Positions 33,936 through 47,800 of a stretch of 64,000 nt of DNA are shown piece after piece. Under the pieces are notes generated by a model. That model searched no databases, had not been told where the DNA came from, and saw only the letters and a program-made list of their open reading frames with translations. Within the stretch, counting starts at the first letter, position 1, and every line of letters starts with the position of its first letter. The translations under genes were made by a program, and so were the position numbers. The stretch comes from Octopus sinensis (lineage: Eukaryota): positions 45,942,001 to 46,006,000 of the forward strand of contig NC_043000.1 in assembly GCF_006345805.1 (NCBI RefSeq), written 5' to 3'.

Positions 33936-35447
33936 TCTATATATATAAAAGTGAAGTTGTGTGAGTGTCTGTCTCCTACGATTTAGATTCCTAACTACTC
34001 CCACATTTTGCGGTGCAGTTTAACCAAATTCGGGTATCTTATAGTCGTGATTCATATCGAGCCCGTCTGGGTATTAGCGCGCGTCTACAATGAGTCTACG
34101 ATTTTAAAAATAATTGAACATCATTTTTTTTCCATTTTAACGCATATTTTTTCGTGTGTCGATGGCGGCGGAGTTGGCGCCCATGCTCACACCTGCACCT
34201 GTGTTGCTTCTCCCCCTTCTTCCCTCCCTCGTAAAGTGTAACTGCGCATGCGCGAACGTGTGACTGCGCATGCGCAGTCACACGTTCGCGCTTGCGCACG
34301 CACAAGTTCACGCATGCGCAGTCACACATTCGCGCATGCGCAGTCACACATTCGCGCATGCGCATTCACACGTTCGCGCATGCGCACGCACACGTTCACG
34401 CATGCGCAGTCACACTTTCGCGCGTGCGCATTCACACGTTCGCGCATACGCATTCACACGTTCGCGCATGCGAACGCACACGTTCGCGCATGCGCAGTCA
34501 CATATTCGCGCATGCGCAGTTACACTTTCGCGCATGCGCAGTTACACTTTCGCGCATGCGCGTTCACCCTTTCGCGCATGCGCGTTCACCCTTTCGCGCA
34601 TGCGCAGTCACCCTTTCGCGCATGTGCAGTCACACTTTCGCGCATGCGCAGTCACACGTTCGCGCATGAGCATTCACATGTTCGCGCATGCGCACGCACA
34701 CGTTCGCGCATGCGCTGTTACACTTTCGCGCATGCGCAGTCACACTTTCACGCATGCGCACTCACACGTTCGCGCATGCGCACGCACACGTTCGCGTATG
34801 CGCAGTCACACGTTCGCGCAGGCGCATTCACACGTTCGCGTATGCGCATTCACACGTTCCCGCATGCGCACGCCCACGTTCGCGTATGCGCAGTTACACT
34901 TTCGCGCATGCGCAGTCACACTTTCGCGCATGCGCATTCACACGTTCGCGCATTCGCACGCACACGTTCGCGCATGCGGAGTCACACGTTGGCGCATGCG
35001 CACGCACACGTTCGGGCATGCGCTATCACACTTTCGCGCATGCGCAGTCACACGTTCACGCATGCGCACGCACACGTTCGCGCCTGCGCAGTCACACGTT
35101 CACGCACGCACATATATGTGCGCATATAGCATAAGACCATATATATATATCTATATATATAAAAGTGAAGTTGTGTGAGTGTCTGTCTCCTACGATTTAG
35201 ATTCCTAACTACTCCCACATTTTGCCGTGCAGTTTAACCAAATTCGGCTATCTTATAGTCGTGATTCATATCGAGTCCGTCTGGGTATTAGCGCGCGTCT
35301 ACGATGAGTCAACGATAAAAAAAAAATTAGCATCATTTTTTTTCCATTTTTAATGCATTTTTTTGCTATTTTTGGGCTATAACTCTCTAAAAATGCTTTA
35401 TAGTTATTTCCCTTACAAACCCGAGCAACGCCGGGCGATACTGCTTG
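33936..35447 (+). mobile_element. Non-autonomous Helitron with duplicated 5' end enclosing a minisatellite
   Basis: 5' TCTATATATATAAAAGTG at 33936 and again at 35150 (~200 bp shared); 3' hairpin CCCG-AGCAACGC-CGGG (35420-35435) then CTTG (CTAG variant); inserted between A and T. Confidence 0.8.
34243..35110. repeat. CpG-rich tandem array, ~39 units of ~22 bp (GCGCATGCGC-AGTCACACGTTC and variants)
   Basis: Direct reading; the first unit is inverted, giving a perfect 42-bp palindrome at 34250-34291. Confidence 0.95.
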
Positions 35448-35684
35448 TATATAAATAAATGTGTGTATTTTTCCCTTGTTAGCAATTAACATTGAAAAAT
35501 TAGATAAATAGTTATCAGGGTAGCAAATGTTAAAATGTCTTATTGACGAGTTTCATTTCTTCACTTCCCTGAAGAGAACATTACATTGTTTTACACCATT
35601 TTATTCCTTTGGAAAAGTATCAGTGATATCTTTGAAACATATGTCGGAAGTAAAAGTATTTGAATTACACCTGCACTAAACTTC

Positions 35685-35732
<48 letters not shown>

Positions 35733-35899
35733 GCCTTATCTTTAATTAGATGATCTAAACATGCGAAGTAGAGCCCATGATCCTAGTAATCTCTCTCAGC
35801 CTGGATCAAGGCAGTTAATATTGAGTTTAAACATGTACTCTTTGATATATGCAGTAAAACATATGCTAAGCAAGTGAAAGGGAATTTCAGTGGGCTGCA

Positions 35900-36770
35900 A
35901 ATTTTAGATAATAATATTTAGTGTGGGGAATTTGTGATGCTGGACACAGGGATAACCAAAAGAGAAAAGGTTATATCAAGGGTCTTAACTGAAGGTCGAT
36001 ATGCCGTTAGGTAAACTACAGAAATCTCATTTAGTAACAGTAATAAAGGAGAGTGGTTGTATTGAGATTTTGCCGGTGAGGAGGAGAATGACAAGACTTC
36101 TTGGGAGATGTCATGTTGGATGTTTGTGTGTAGCATTAGTACTGATCTAGATACACTTCATTAACAAGGTATGCTTTATTATATAATTCTAGAACTGAGA
36201 CAGCTATAGAAGTTAATTAAGGAGCTTACGTGAGTAGTAATTAATTGCACAAGAGATAATTAAGAAAACGAATCTGAGAGAGAAGATGGAAAGTCGGTGA
36301 AATGATGTTGAAAGCTTCAGGGGAAATAAAGGTAGTACAAATTATTTGATTAGCTAATCAGATAGTTTAAGATAGTATTGCTAATGTCTGCTGTCTGATG
36401 TCAGCTGCATCAAAATTACCAAAGACATACCATTTTATAGAAGCAAAAATGACTTATTGATAGGAGAAAGGATTATAGTAAAGCTAATACAGAATGTAGA
36501 TTGAAAAGATGTTGTAAAGGCCTTCGCTAGGCCTAATTTTACAGAAAGTGTATAGAGATATGGCTCTGAATATTTATTTATTCAAAAGCTATTCTTTTGT
36601 ATTGGTATTTTGATAATTAATGCTGGATCATCAGCTTTGTACCATTTTGTAACTGAGTTGTATTAGTGGCATTAATTTTTTTTTCTTTTTAAGAATCAGC
36701 TTTCTGCTATTCTCATTAGCAGTTTGGGTATGAGTGGGGAGCAAATCCTGCTGGACTGTTAAATATAGGA
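35900..36770 (-). pseudogene. Possible heavily decayed PLE RT relic
   Basis: Scattered minus-strand fragments TTHVSSL, LHTNIQHD and SVKTLDITFSL resemble PLE RT motifs, but the order and frames are not clean. Confidence 0.3.
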
Positions 36771-37127
36771 CATGATCTGTTCAGTCCTCATGTCAAGTTG
36801 TTAAAAGACCTTCATGGCCTAATTGAGTAGTAAAATTAATTGATGAAAATGATGGTGATATATATATATATATATACATACATCTAAGGAAAGCAGACAT
36901 TAAATGAGGATGTATATATAAATCTATTTATATATGTCATAACCAAGGATTTATATTTCTAGTGTACAATATATCAACCATAGTATTACTTACGCTGTGT
37001 ATAAGTATTGCAGCATATTAGTTGGTAAATTTATACAGAGACTGGAGCATTACTTGCCAAATAATGGATAATGTTGCTAATCTAAATATCATTAAATAAT
37101 GTTATTCCATGCAACAATATTGGTTTC

Positions 37128-37322
37128 AAATTTTGGCACAAAGCCAACCATTTTGGGAAAGAGGTCAGGATAATTACATCAACCTTAGTGCTCAACTGAT
37201 ACTTATTTCATCAACCCCAAATGGGGGAAAGACAAAGTCAACTTCAGCAGAATTTGAACTCAGAATGTAAAGACAGACAAAATGCTACAACCATTTTGTC
37301 AGTGAGCTATCTATTCTGCCTC
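37128..37322 (-). mobile_element. SINE S2 copy
   Basis: Reverse match to S2. Confidence 0.8.
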
Positions 37323-38311
37323 TCCATATATATACCTCTCCATGCAATAATATTAGTTTTACTGCTTTCAACTTTCATGGGACACATCTAAAATAATGAA
37401 ATGAATATTGCTTTTAAAATATAAGGTTTTATAAAATTAAAATAAAATAAATTCAAATAACTTTCTTACATGTATATTTGCATAATCATGTTATCCATAA
37501 CATCATTCAATTTTCAATTAATTACTGATCTATCATTACCTGATATTACCAACAGTGACAAAGTATAGTTCTAGCATTAACTGTTGTGTTATAAGTAATA
37601 CTATGCTCGATATATCGTACCCTAGAAATATAAATCCTTGGTTAAGACATAGATTTATACATCCTTATTTAATGTCTGTTTTCCTTAATGTCTTCATTTC
37701 CATGTTTGCATTGGTCAGATGTAATTTTTTGAGGCAGATTTCTGCAGCCAGTTTCCTTTCCAGTCACCAACCATCACCTGTTTCCAACTGAGGTAATAGT
37801 TCCTCATGGTTGGACATATTTCCATGGTTGTTTGGAAATGAAGGATGCAGCTTCTATATTGGTGAAACTTGTTTACATCAATCATGTAAGTGACGCGAAC
37901 TCACACACATCAAGGCAACGTGTGTGACATGATGTGAGTGATGCCAACTCACATCATGTAAGTACGGACACATGCACACACAAGGGGCTTCTTTTAATTT
38001 CCGTTAATCAGATCCAAGGCTTTTGGTTGGTTTGGGGTTATAGCAGAATATGCCCAATTTGCTATGCAATAGAACTGTACCTAGAACAAAGTAGTTGGAA
38101 AACTACACCTGTCCCTTAAGTATAACTGTATCAGTAGTTCTGTGGATTGCATCTAGCTGTTCGGTTAATTTTATCCATTTCATAAGGTATACTCAGTCAG
38201 CACTGACTCTAAGGTTTACTTGACAACATCAAGAACAATCTCTTATATCCTCTACAGTTTAATTGTAACTATGTGAAGAATGAAACAGTTACATAAGTGA
38301 AGGTAGAAATA

Positions 38312-38912
38312 TTGGTTCCAAATTCTGACATAAGGCCAGCAAGTTCGTGGGATGGTTAAGTCAGTTACATCAAACCCCAGTACACAACTGGTATTTTTAT
38401 TGACCCTGAAAGATTGGAAAGCAAGGTTGCCCTTGGCAGATTTTGAACTCAGAATGTAAAGATTAATGAAATGTTGCTATCATTTTGCTTGGCATGCTAA
38501 TGATTCTGCCTGCTCACCACTTTAATTATAATAATAATAATCTTTTCTGCTAGAGGCACAACGTCTGAAATTCTTGGGGAGAGGACTAGTTGATTACATC
38601 AACCCCCAGGGCTCAGCTGGTACTTATTTTATTGGTCCTGACAGAATAAAAATCAAGATTGACCTTGTCAGAATTAGAACTCAGAATGTAATGATGAATA
38701 AAATGTCACTAAGCATTTTGCCCAACATGCTAACAATTCTGCCAGTTTGTCAACTTCAGTGAAGATAGAAATGTTCATTTTAATTCATTTCAAATTCTGA
38801 CACAAGGCCAGCAATTTGAAAGAAGTGGGGAAGTTAATTACATCAACCCCAGTGCTTAACTGGTACTTATTTTGTCAAGCCTGAAAGGATAAAAGGCAAA
38901 GTCAACCTCGGC
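38312..38912 (-). mobile_element. Cluster of three co-oriented SINE S2 copies
   Basis: Copies at ~38312-38522, ~38541-38752 and ~38790-38912, mutually diverged. Confidence 0.8.
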
Positions 38913-40616
38913 AGAGATGAATTATTTTTAATACAATTATAATTTTTGAGACCATAAACCTTGTGATATATCAGTCCTATCATAAATTTACTGCAGTGCC
39001 CAGCTTTGCTTGGCTTCAGTAATATTTAAAAAACAAAAACAATCATTTAAATTCACTATAATTTAGATAAATTGCTTTAAAAAACAGTTACTGAACATTT
39101 CAGCTTGTTTAGGGCCATTAATTCACTTTCAATTATAGCATATAAGCAATACAGAAAAAGGCTCAAGTCGAGATTCATTAACACGTGCAAAATAAAATCA
39201 AAAAATTAAAAACAAAAATAAAGAAATATAGAACCTAAATTTAAAGAAAAACAATTACAGTTGTTTTATTTTATTTTTTTGGTAACATATGTTCTTCATG
39301 AAAAATATTGTACTAATTTACATAATTACTCTAAATGAATTAGTTTCTGAACAGTAACTTTTCCCACTATTATTGTATTGGTTGTGATTATGAAGAATAT
39401 AGAAAATAGAATATACAAGAATAAAGAAAATATCAGACTGACAAAAATTGTCATATGATTTATGATCTGCTTGAAAAACCTTCTTGTGTAAAATTTCAAT
39501 TATTCAGGAACAAAACTGAGGCCTACGTTTTGGAACATACTTGCATATCTTCTCTTTTGTATATCAATCTATTTTGTCTATTGGTAATGCTTTGATGGAT
39601 TTGATTATTGATTGTCAAGAAATATCTTCTTTGATATATTTTTAGGGTTTGATGTGTGGGTCCTTGTGTTGGTGTTTGTTGGCTGTGGCTCATCCTCATA
39701 ACAAACCTAATGAGCACAGAGTTGAAATAAATTTCTTTGTTATTTAGGTAATTACAATATGTACATTTATAAATGAAAGTCTTCATGCTAGTTGCCAGTA
39801 GTGTATTCTAAGAAGGTGAAATCAAACTGAGCCGTGATTAAACTGTGAACAGAAGCAAATTAATGTTGCTGGAAAGGCAGGAAATAAGTTTATTCATCAT
39901 TATTCCAGAAGTCCTTTTTACTCTATACTGAAACAAAGGAAAAAATTCATCATTGTAAGGATTAATTGCTTTTACTACGGTGAGCAATGCTCTGGTTTGA
40001 TTATTGTGAGAGGTAAGGATGTGTGTCATCTTATAGCTTTCTCAACCTAAGCAGCTGATCTTGACAAAATTTCAATTTTATAACCCCTTTTGCATAGGAA
40101 CAACCATGGAAATCCATAGAAAGTTCTACTGTTTGGATTGGTATTTCTGAAAGTTGATTGGTCAGTAATCAGAGAATGTTGCCCGAACTGCACTGTAGAC
40201 AGCACCTAGCTATCAGTATTGCAAGGTTTCAATTCTAGGCCTCACAACATAGTACAGGACAATTCTGCATGCTTCCATGGCTAAACCAATAAGAGTATAA
40301 GTTCCCAGTGTGAATTCAATCAGATTCTATGTACACATCCAACATCAGACACAGGTTGATGATTGATAAACATACTGAATATATAAATATTGATTAGTAA
40401 CATTGGCATAATGCCTCAAATTTTAAAGTAAGGATTAGTTTCATGTGTATCAGCTCAAGACCTTTCCATTAGAAACAAATGGAAACGTGCTATAAGTAAT
40501 TATGTCACCAAATACTTGAAAAACATGTTTGAGTGGTTGTACTAAAAAACATTTTGGAGTGGTTGTTAACTACATCCTCCAGTAAGGAATATGTATAAGA
40601 ACTCTCTCTCTCTCTC

Positions 40617-41004
40617 TCTCTTTTATTCTTTTACTTCTTTCAGTCATTTGACTGCGGCCATGCTGGAGCACCACCTTTAATCGAGCAACTCAACCCCGGA
40701 CTTATTCTTTTGTAAGCCCAGTACTTATTCTATTGGTCTCTTTTGCCGAACTGCTAAGTAACGGGGACATAAACACACCAGCATCGGTTGTCAAGCAATG
40801 CTAGGGGCCAAACACAGACACACAAACACACACATGCATATATATATATACATATATATGATGGACTTCTTTTCAGTTTCCGTCTACCAAATCCACTCAC
40901 ACGGCTTTGGTCTGCCCAAGGCTATAGTAGAAGACACTTGCCCAAGGTGCCATGCAGTGGGACTGAACCCGGAACCATGTGGTTGGTAAGCAAGCTACTT
41001 ACCA
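40617..41004 (-). mobile_element. SINE S1 copy
   Basis: Full-length reverse match. Confidence 0.92.
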
Positions 41005-42639
41005 CACAGCCACTCCTACGCCTAACTGAGCAGAATTTTAAAAATTATTTGACCCTTGAGAGCCAACAACATTTATATCCTGGTGAAATAATATAAACAC
41101 CACCAGGGTTGACCAAGCTCAAAATGCCTTCATAGAAGTTACAACAATATTTATTTCTGTATTGGAGCAGCTGGTCTTGGAAAACTAAAGACAAGCAAAA
41201 GTAGAAACTATTGCTTAAAAAACTTTTCCATGCCTCGACAGCAGGAATACTACGGTATGAAGATCAAGTGACATAAGTGCTGTTTGAAATAGTAACATTC
41301 ACAGTGTGTTTTATTTTTAAATCATTTTATCATTAACGAAGAGTTAATAGGAGGAAATATTATTATAGAATTATAATTCTCTTACAAATTTTCTCCTATA
41401 ATTTGCAACAGACATTGAAAGTAGAATTCTATATCATATGGACTTTATGGAATGAAAGTCTGAAATTTCTTACTAGACTAAATGGAATTTATCCTGAAAA
41501 CAGTCTGCAGTTAATTCTCAAGAAAATTCGTTTACTTGGCTTTGTAATACTATCTTTATTTTACTCTGTATAACGTTTTTGAAGTACATAGATGTGTGTG
41601 TGTGTGTGTGTAGTCTTGCTTATAGTATCTTTAAGCTTCATTTACTTTTATGCAAAATATGAAACAATGATATTTATTGTTCCATAGAAAATACTGCAGT
41701 ATATATTTCATGTTTTAGCTAAAGACAGTGATAAGTTTGCCGAGATAGCATTGTGATATCTCTATCTCTATAATAATAATAATAATAATTTCTCACATAA
41801 TTGCCAGACTGCAGACTTCAAGGCAGAAAAGGAAATAAGGTGAACTGAGTTAATAATCTTTTGTTAAAGATATTACCAACATAAGTAATATGGCTACTAC
41901 AAGAAAATGAAACTGATTTGGTTTCTCTCCTGCAAGGAAAAGGAAAGATAAATACAACCAGCCATATATCCTTTGAAAGATTAATCTTTCAGAAAGACAT
42001 TTTTCTTCTGCCTTTTTGCATAGCTTTGACCCCATTAACAAATCTACAGAATAAAACCCACATTAGTTACAAATATTATGGACAAATTGCAAATCATCTT
42101 TTCTCTTTGGTTGACTTAACACTGTTTATAGGGTATAATATGCAACTAGAGAAAGTATTAAAAATTATACATCAATTCAGAAAAATATAAAAACAAGAAT
42201 GTTTCTAGACAAATTTGTGAAAGCAACAGCATGAAAGGAAAAGTCTCTGGTCAATACCCTACATGAATTGGCAGTCAGGGAGAAAGCTAACTTTAGCTCT
42301 GGGTTGAAAGCAGAAATAGAAAGCCTGATGGTAGATGCAAAGGATTAATGCCAAACCATTAATAACTATAAGAATAAAGTAATATAAAAAACAGTATCCA
42401 GTGCATATATTGCCATCAGTACTGTGATACAATTGATTATGACATTTATTGTTACACAGTCCTTTCTAACTCCAACTGTATTCACTGACACAATCAAGTC
42501 AGCAGCTAACTCCATTGCGTAATATTCTGACACTTCAACATAAAAATAGATAAGATGAGATATAAGCATATATTAAACATGGTATGTTTAAAACTGCTTG
42601 GCTACACTAATGTGGGATATGTGTGTCCAGTTTGACAAG

Positions 42640-44030
42640 GTGATCAAAGCAAACTGTTGCTATAATTACCAAGGACAGGATAACAAGTTCTTTTCTTGGA
42701 AATACAAATCCATCTCTTCTGACTAAAACATTGCCTGGAAGGAGGTTGAGAATCTATCAAAGTACATGGAACTTGAAATTAAAATAAGTGGATTATTAGG
42801 TAATGTACTCATAAAAGTACTTAAGACTACCCATACAATATTTAGAAATAGCTGAAACTGATAAGATACAACAATATGTTGGCGAAAATTAGAAATGGAG
42901 AAAATTAGAAAAGTGTACTACAGGAGAGTTGGACTAATAATATTAAACATTAATTCATTGCTAAAAATAAAATGACAAGTATAATTATACTAGACAACCC
43001 AGTCATAAACGACAGCTTCAATTAAATTGGTAGTTAACTGAATTGATGAAGTCAGAGTGATAGCAGAGATAGGTTGTACTTACCCCATACACATGGAGGA
43101 TGGAGTCTGACATAAATAGAAAAACTAATACAAATTAACAAGAGTGGGATTACAAAAGTACTTGGAATAAAACAACAAAAAATTGATTGAAGTAATAAGG
43201 AAACATGAAAAAACAACAAAAAACTTTTTTCCCTCTATAAGGAAAAAATAAATTACAAAATGTAAACTAGCTACACTGATGAAAACTATTTATAGAACAA
43301 AGCAACAGAGAGATTTTAGAACTTGCAACAGAAACGTTTTTACACACAAGAAAAAAAAATCAATCAATTACAGAAATTTGAAAATATACTAAAAAACGAA
43401 AAAAATTGAACAAACAACGCCCTCCCCTCAATCATAGCTAATCCCTCACAAGTTTCAATAAAGGAAAAATAAATAAGTCACGGCAAAGAATGACTTGAAG
43501 GCTCTGGACTAAAAGCAGAAACAAGTCTGACTTTAGCTTCACAAAATCAACGTTTAAACACAAATAGCTACAAAAATAAAGAAAGTGAACAGCTAACATT
43601 AAGTGCAGACTTTGCAGTTAGTACAATGAGGCAGTTGATAAGGCTACTTATGGGTGCTCAGTTCTGTGTATTTCCACAGATATGATCTAGTTGGTACCGG
43701 TGTTTACTTATCAAAGAATAACATTTTGACATGAATACATATAAGAAGTGAGATCATAATCACCTGGGACATACCTGCCCTGACTGTGAGAGATCAACAA
43801 AACAGACCCGATATAATTACCATGGATACGAAGAAAATTTTTCGTGGATTGAAGAGCATATCAATCTCTTCTAAATAAAATATCACCCAGAAGAAAGTAA
43901 GAAACTGTCGAAATACACGGATTTTGAAACTGAAATAAGCAGGATTCTGAGTATGAAAGTAAAAACAATATCCCAAAGAGATATAAAAAAAATCAAAACT
44001 CTCACTCAGGGTCACAAAGGAGAGCTGAGT
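42640..44030 (+). pseudogene. R4/Dong-like (restriction-like endonuclease) LINE relics, two 3' fragments
   Basis: LYLPHTHGGWSL; GLKAETSLTLASQNQRLNTNSY; IKCRLC (zinc knuckle); NRPDIITMDT; KKLSKYTDFETEISRI. A second end fragment NIAWKEVENLSKYMELEIKI lies at ~42730-42790. Confidence 0.75.
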
Positions 44031-44569
44031 GTAGAAGACAAGTTTACAAATAAGAAAAGGAGATGGTGAGAGACATTATGCAATATATGATTGGATGTAT
44101 TAAGATTCTAGAAGTACATATATTTGTACAGAAATAAATAAAATATGCACAAGATATAATAGAAGGGAATAACACGTACAATGTACTAGATAGGTTGGGT
44201 TGCTGCATTCAACAACCCTATTCATGAACTATTGTTCATACTGAGCACAAATGCAACAAAATATACAGTTAAGCACTTTTGGTATTCAAAAATTACGATG
44301 TTTTGGGGGATATACCCTTTTTAGTTCATTGTTAAGACTTAGTTTTATTGTTATGGATAACCTATCTTTTGCATGTTGCTAGTATTCTGAAAACAAATTG
44401 TTTTTGTGTCATTCTAACTCTTTGGAAATCCATGGCACCAAATATACATCATTTTGTCAGTTAATTGCTTGAATTTTGGCAAATCTGTGTTCATCTGTCT
44501 CCCATTTTTGGTAAAATTGTCTTTCTGAGAAGTGAGTATCAGTGTTGTTTTAAAGAAATTACTCATTCT

Positions 44570-45180
44570 TGATTGTTTCTGGCTTTATGTTGAGTTTATT
44601 TTCCCTGAGATTTTCCCTCTTTTTTTGTCTTAAAAAATTTTCTCTGACTATTTGTAGATTTGCATGTGCAACTATCAGTTTTTTTCCTTTCGTTCACTGC
44701 ATAACAATGGCATGGATAGCAGTATTTGGATATGAGGTAATTATGCATTTATTTCTTAAACTGCTGCCATCCCTAAGTTCTAGAGATTATTGTTCCTTTT
44801 ACTATCTCAATTGATCTTTATTTTCATTTCAGTTCCAAGTTGATTTTTACTTCACCAAATGTAGCAACTGCTTGCAAATAGAGAAACAGGTTCTTACCAG
44901 CAATGGTTATAGCTCTTTGAATGTTTTCTAAGCTTTTATTTCTTTATCTAATATGCTTTTGGAAGACTTATCTCTATCTCCATAATTGATTAGCTCACAT
45001 AGGTAACAACTCTTGACTACTATCAACTACCAATTATTTTAATGGCTTGATTTCATCAGTGCACTTACTGCTATGATTACTCCTCTTCATGCAAAGTACT
45101 TCTTTTCTTACAGTATGCCTGATATCTCACTGCATCTCTTGTATAACCTTAATTTACACTGGGTACCCATTATAGAAACT
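44570..45180 (-). pseudogene. RTE-clade LINE post-RT fragment (decayed)
   Basis: TQCKLRLYKRCSEI; VVKSCYLCELI..KTFKEL*PLLVRTCFS, matching the recalled RTE region following the RT. Confidence 0.6.
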
Positions 45181-45489
45181 ATACATGAGTGAAAAACAAA
45201 CGTGACTAAACAAAGTATTACTCTACAGTACAAACTTAGTGAGATCATTATTTCGTATGAATTACTTTTACACTACCAGGGCAAAAACAAATTATAAAAT
45301 AAAGAAAATAAGGGATATATATCTCTTTTGCAATATTTTCCCATTACGTCCTATCGACCAATAGTAACTCCACATAATTCTACTGTCCAATCAGTGTTTT
45401 GGCTTTTTATTTAGACTCTTCTGCACACCATACATTTTAACTAAAAACATGTCATTTTCCATTTATCATCACAATAATCCAAAATTTGT

Positions 45490-45755
<266 letters not shown>

Positions 45756-47283
45756 GTAGTTCATATATCCCAAAAAGAAGCACACTCACAATATCTCAGT
45801 TGGTAGAGTGGTGGACCATAGATAGTTATTTATTTTGTTTATATGTATGCATATTTGTATGAATGTATGTATGAATGTTTGTATGCATGTATGTAGATAA
45901 GTAGATGAGCAGAGAGACAGTCAGACAGAAATAGATGGATATACATTTATTTCAGTGTTAAACTAGAGAGTAAAAATAGCATCAACCTACATTTAATGGA
46001 GATTGCTTCACATGGAAAAAAGCAGGGGGAGAGGTATATAAATATGGTCTTTTCCTGTAGTTTGATACACTATGCATAAAGAATATATAGCAGAAACATT
46101 GAAGCTGATGAGAATTAATGGTTGCCAAAAGGTAATCAGTTATAGTCGAGAGCCTATTGCCATACGATGACTTTCTGATTGTATATCAGTTGTCAAAAGA
46201 ACTCTAGTTCTTTCTGCATTTGTCATATATACATATATATACATAGATGTATCTGGAATACTTATTTACTGCAGCCTTAATATATTATGTAAAAAGAAGT
46301 TCAGGTTTCAAAAGACCAGTTTTCTTTCTTATATATTCTCCTTACAACAAACACATAAGATATCAAAGATATATATACTTAAATTCCATCATAATTATTT
46401 ATTATGAAGGTATGATATCACAGCAATTATATGTTCAAATCTTGTTAAATGAAAAATACATAAAATGCCTAGTTTTAGAAATGTCAGTTATATAGTTCAA
46501 AGTTCATGTAAAAATGAACAGAGCTTATACTGGTTTCTGATAATGAACATGACTGACCTTTTCTTCTTCCCAGTTATGTCAAGAAATATGCTCTCAATAA
46601 CAAAAACAATGCAGAATTCAGAATTTATAATGGTTTAGAGTGGATAAAAATAGTTAGCAAGAAATGATTATCTGGAGACAAAGAAATTTTATTTCAATGA
46701 CCTATTTTATTTCAGTAACTACAAGAGACAACTCTGGTTGTGTTCTTGTATTATTCTGACCTCCTCTGCAAAGCATAGTATTAATACAACTTTTTGAGGT
46801 TGTGATGGGAGAATCATTTAGTAAAAATGCTATACTGCTCACAGGTGAATGAGCAAAAATAGTTAAAGTTGACCTCGGCTGGAATTGAACTCAAAATGTA
46901 AAATATTGCAGAAATACTGCGAAGCATTTTGTTCATCTCTTTAACAGTTCTGCCATATCACTGTTTTAATAATAATCATAGAAATGTTAACAAGAACAAC
47001 AACTATATTATGGGTGGATTAGGAGATGAGGGTTGAGGATAAGATGGAAGAAGAGGTGGATAGGATGGGGGAGAGGGGAGGAGAGGGGAGGAGAGGAGGA
47101 GGATTTAGACAATGGATTGATAGAAAGATTAGTGTGTCTAAGAAAATATCTTGTAATATTCCACTTTTTTATATATTGAATTTAAATTACTTTCTGGTCA
47201 ATTCTCTCTTTTGTTCCTTCCTTTTAGTTTAGTGGTCAATAATATGAGGCACCAGTTATGAACTGGGGTAACTCCACATAATT

Positions 47284-47366
47284 ATATACATTTATTTCAG
47301 TGTTAAACTAGAGAGTAAAAATAGCATCAACCTACATTTAATGGAGAATGCTTCACATGGAAAAAA
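47284..47366 (+). repeat. 83-bp direct duplicate of 45939-46021
   Basis: Identical except for one substitution (GATTG/GAATG). Confidence 0.9.
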
Positions 47367-47506
47367 TCAACCCCACTTACCCAAAATTTAATGCTATTAC
47401 AATCTTGTTTATCAAAGGTTTATTTTCTTCCTTTAGATTTTTTTATACAAAAATTAGGTCTGATTTTAGACATTTTAAATTCTTTGTACACATATATACA
47501 TATATA

Positions 47507-47800
47507 TATTATTCGAAATATATAGTATTAAACATCCATCACAACTGAAATTACCAATCGATTTTGTGTAAAGGATACAATGGAGTGTTTGGTAACAATC
47601 TGATTATATAACATTATACTCATCAGAGTTAACTGATATGGAAGGGGACTATGGAGAGAGAGCAGACGCCATATTCCCTTCCATAGTAGCTAAATTTGTG
47701 TAATCGGATTGTTACCTAACACTCCATTGTATCCTTTACATGAAAGCAATTGCTAAGATCAGCCATGATGGATATTTAATACTATATATTTTGGATAATA
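47507..47800. mobile_element. Fold-back element (family G) with a half hammerhead in the left arm
   Basis: 47507-47606 pairs with 47701-47800, and the inner 47635-47650 pairs with 47670-47686. The minus strand carries CTGATGA-GTATAA-TG-TTATAT and then breaks off. Confidence 0.65.

Noticed and set aside
34243-35178. CRISPR-like array, or 293-302 aa His/Ala/Arg-rich proteins
   Set aside because: Linkers are variants of one another rather than unique spacers, the context is eukaryotic with no cas genes, and the ORFs are open only because the repeat lacks stop codons.
39523-40029. Possible exons on either strand near 39.5-40.0 kb
   Set aside because: Open frames and single splice-like sites occur on both strands, with no consistent partner exons or recognisable protein.
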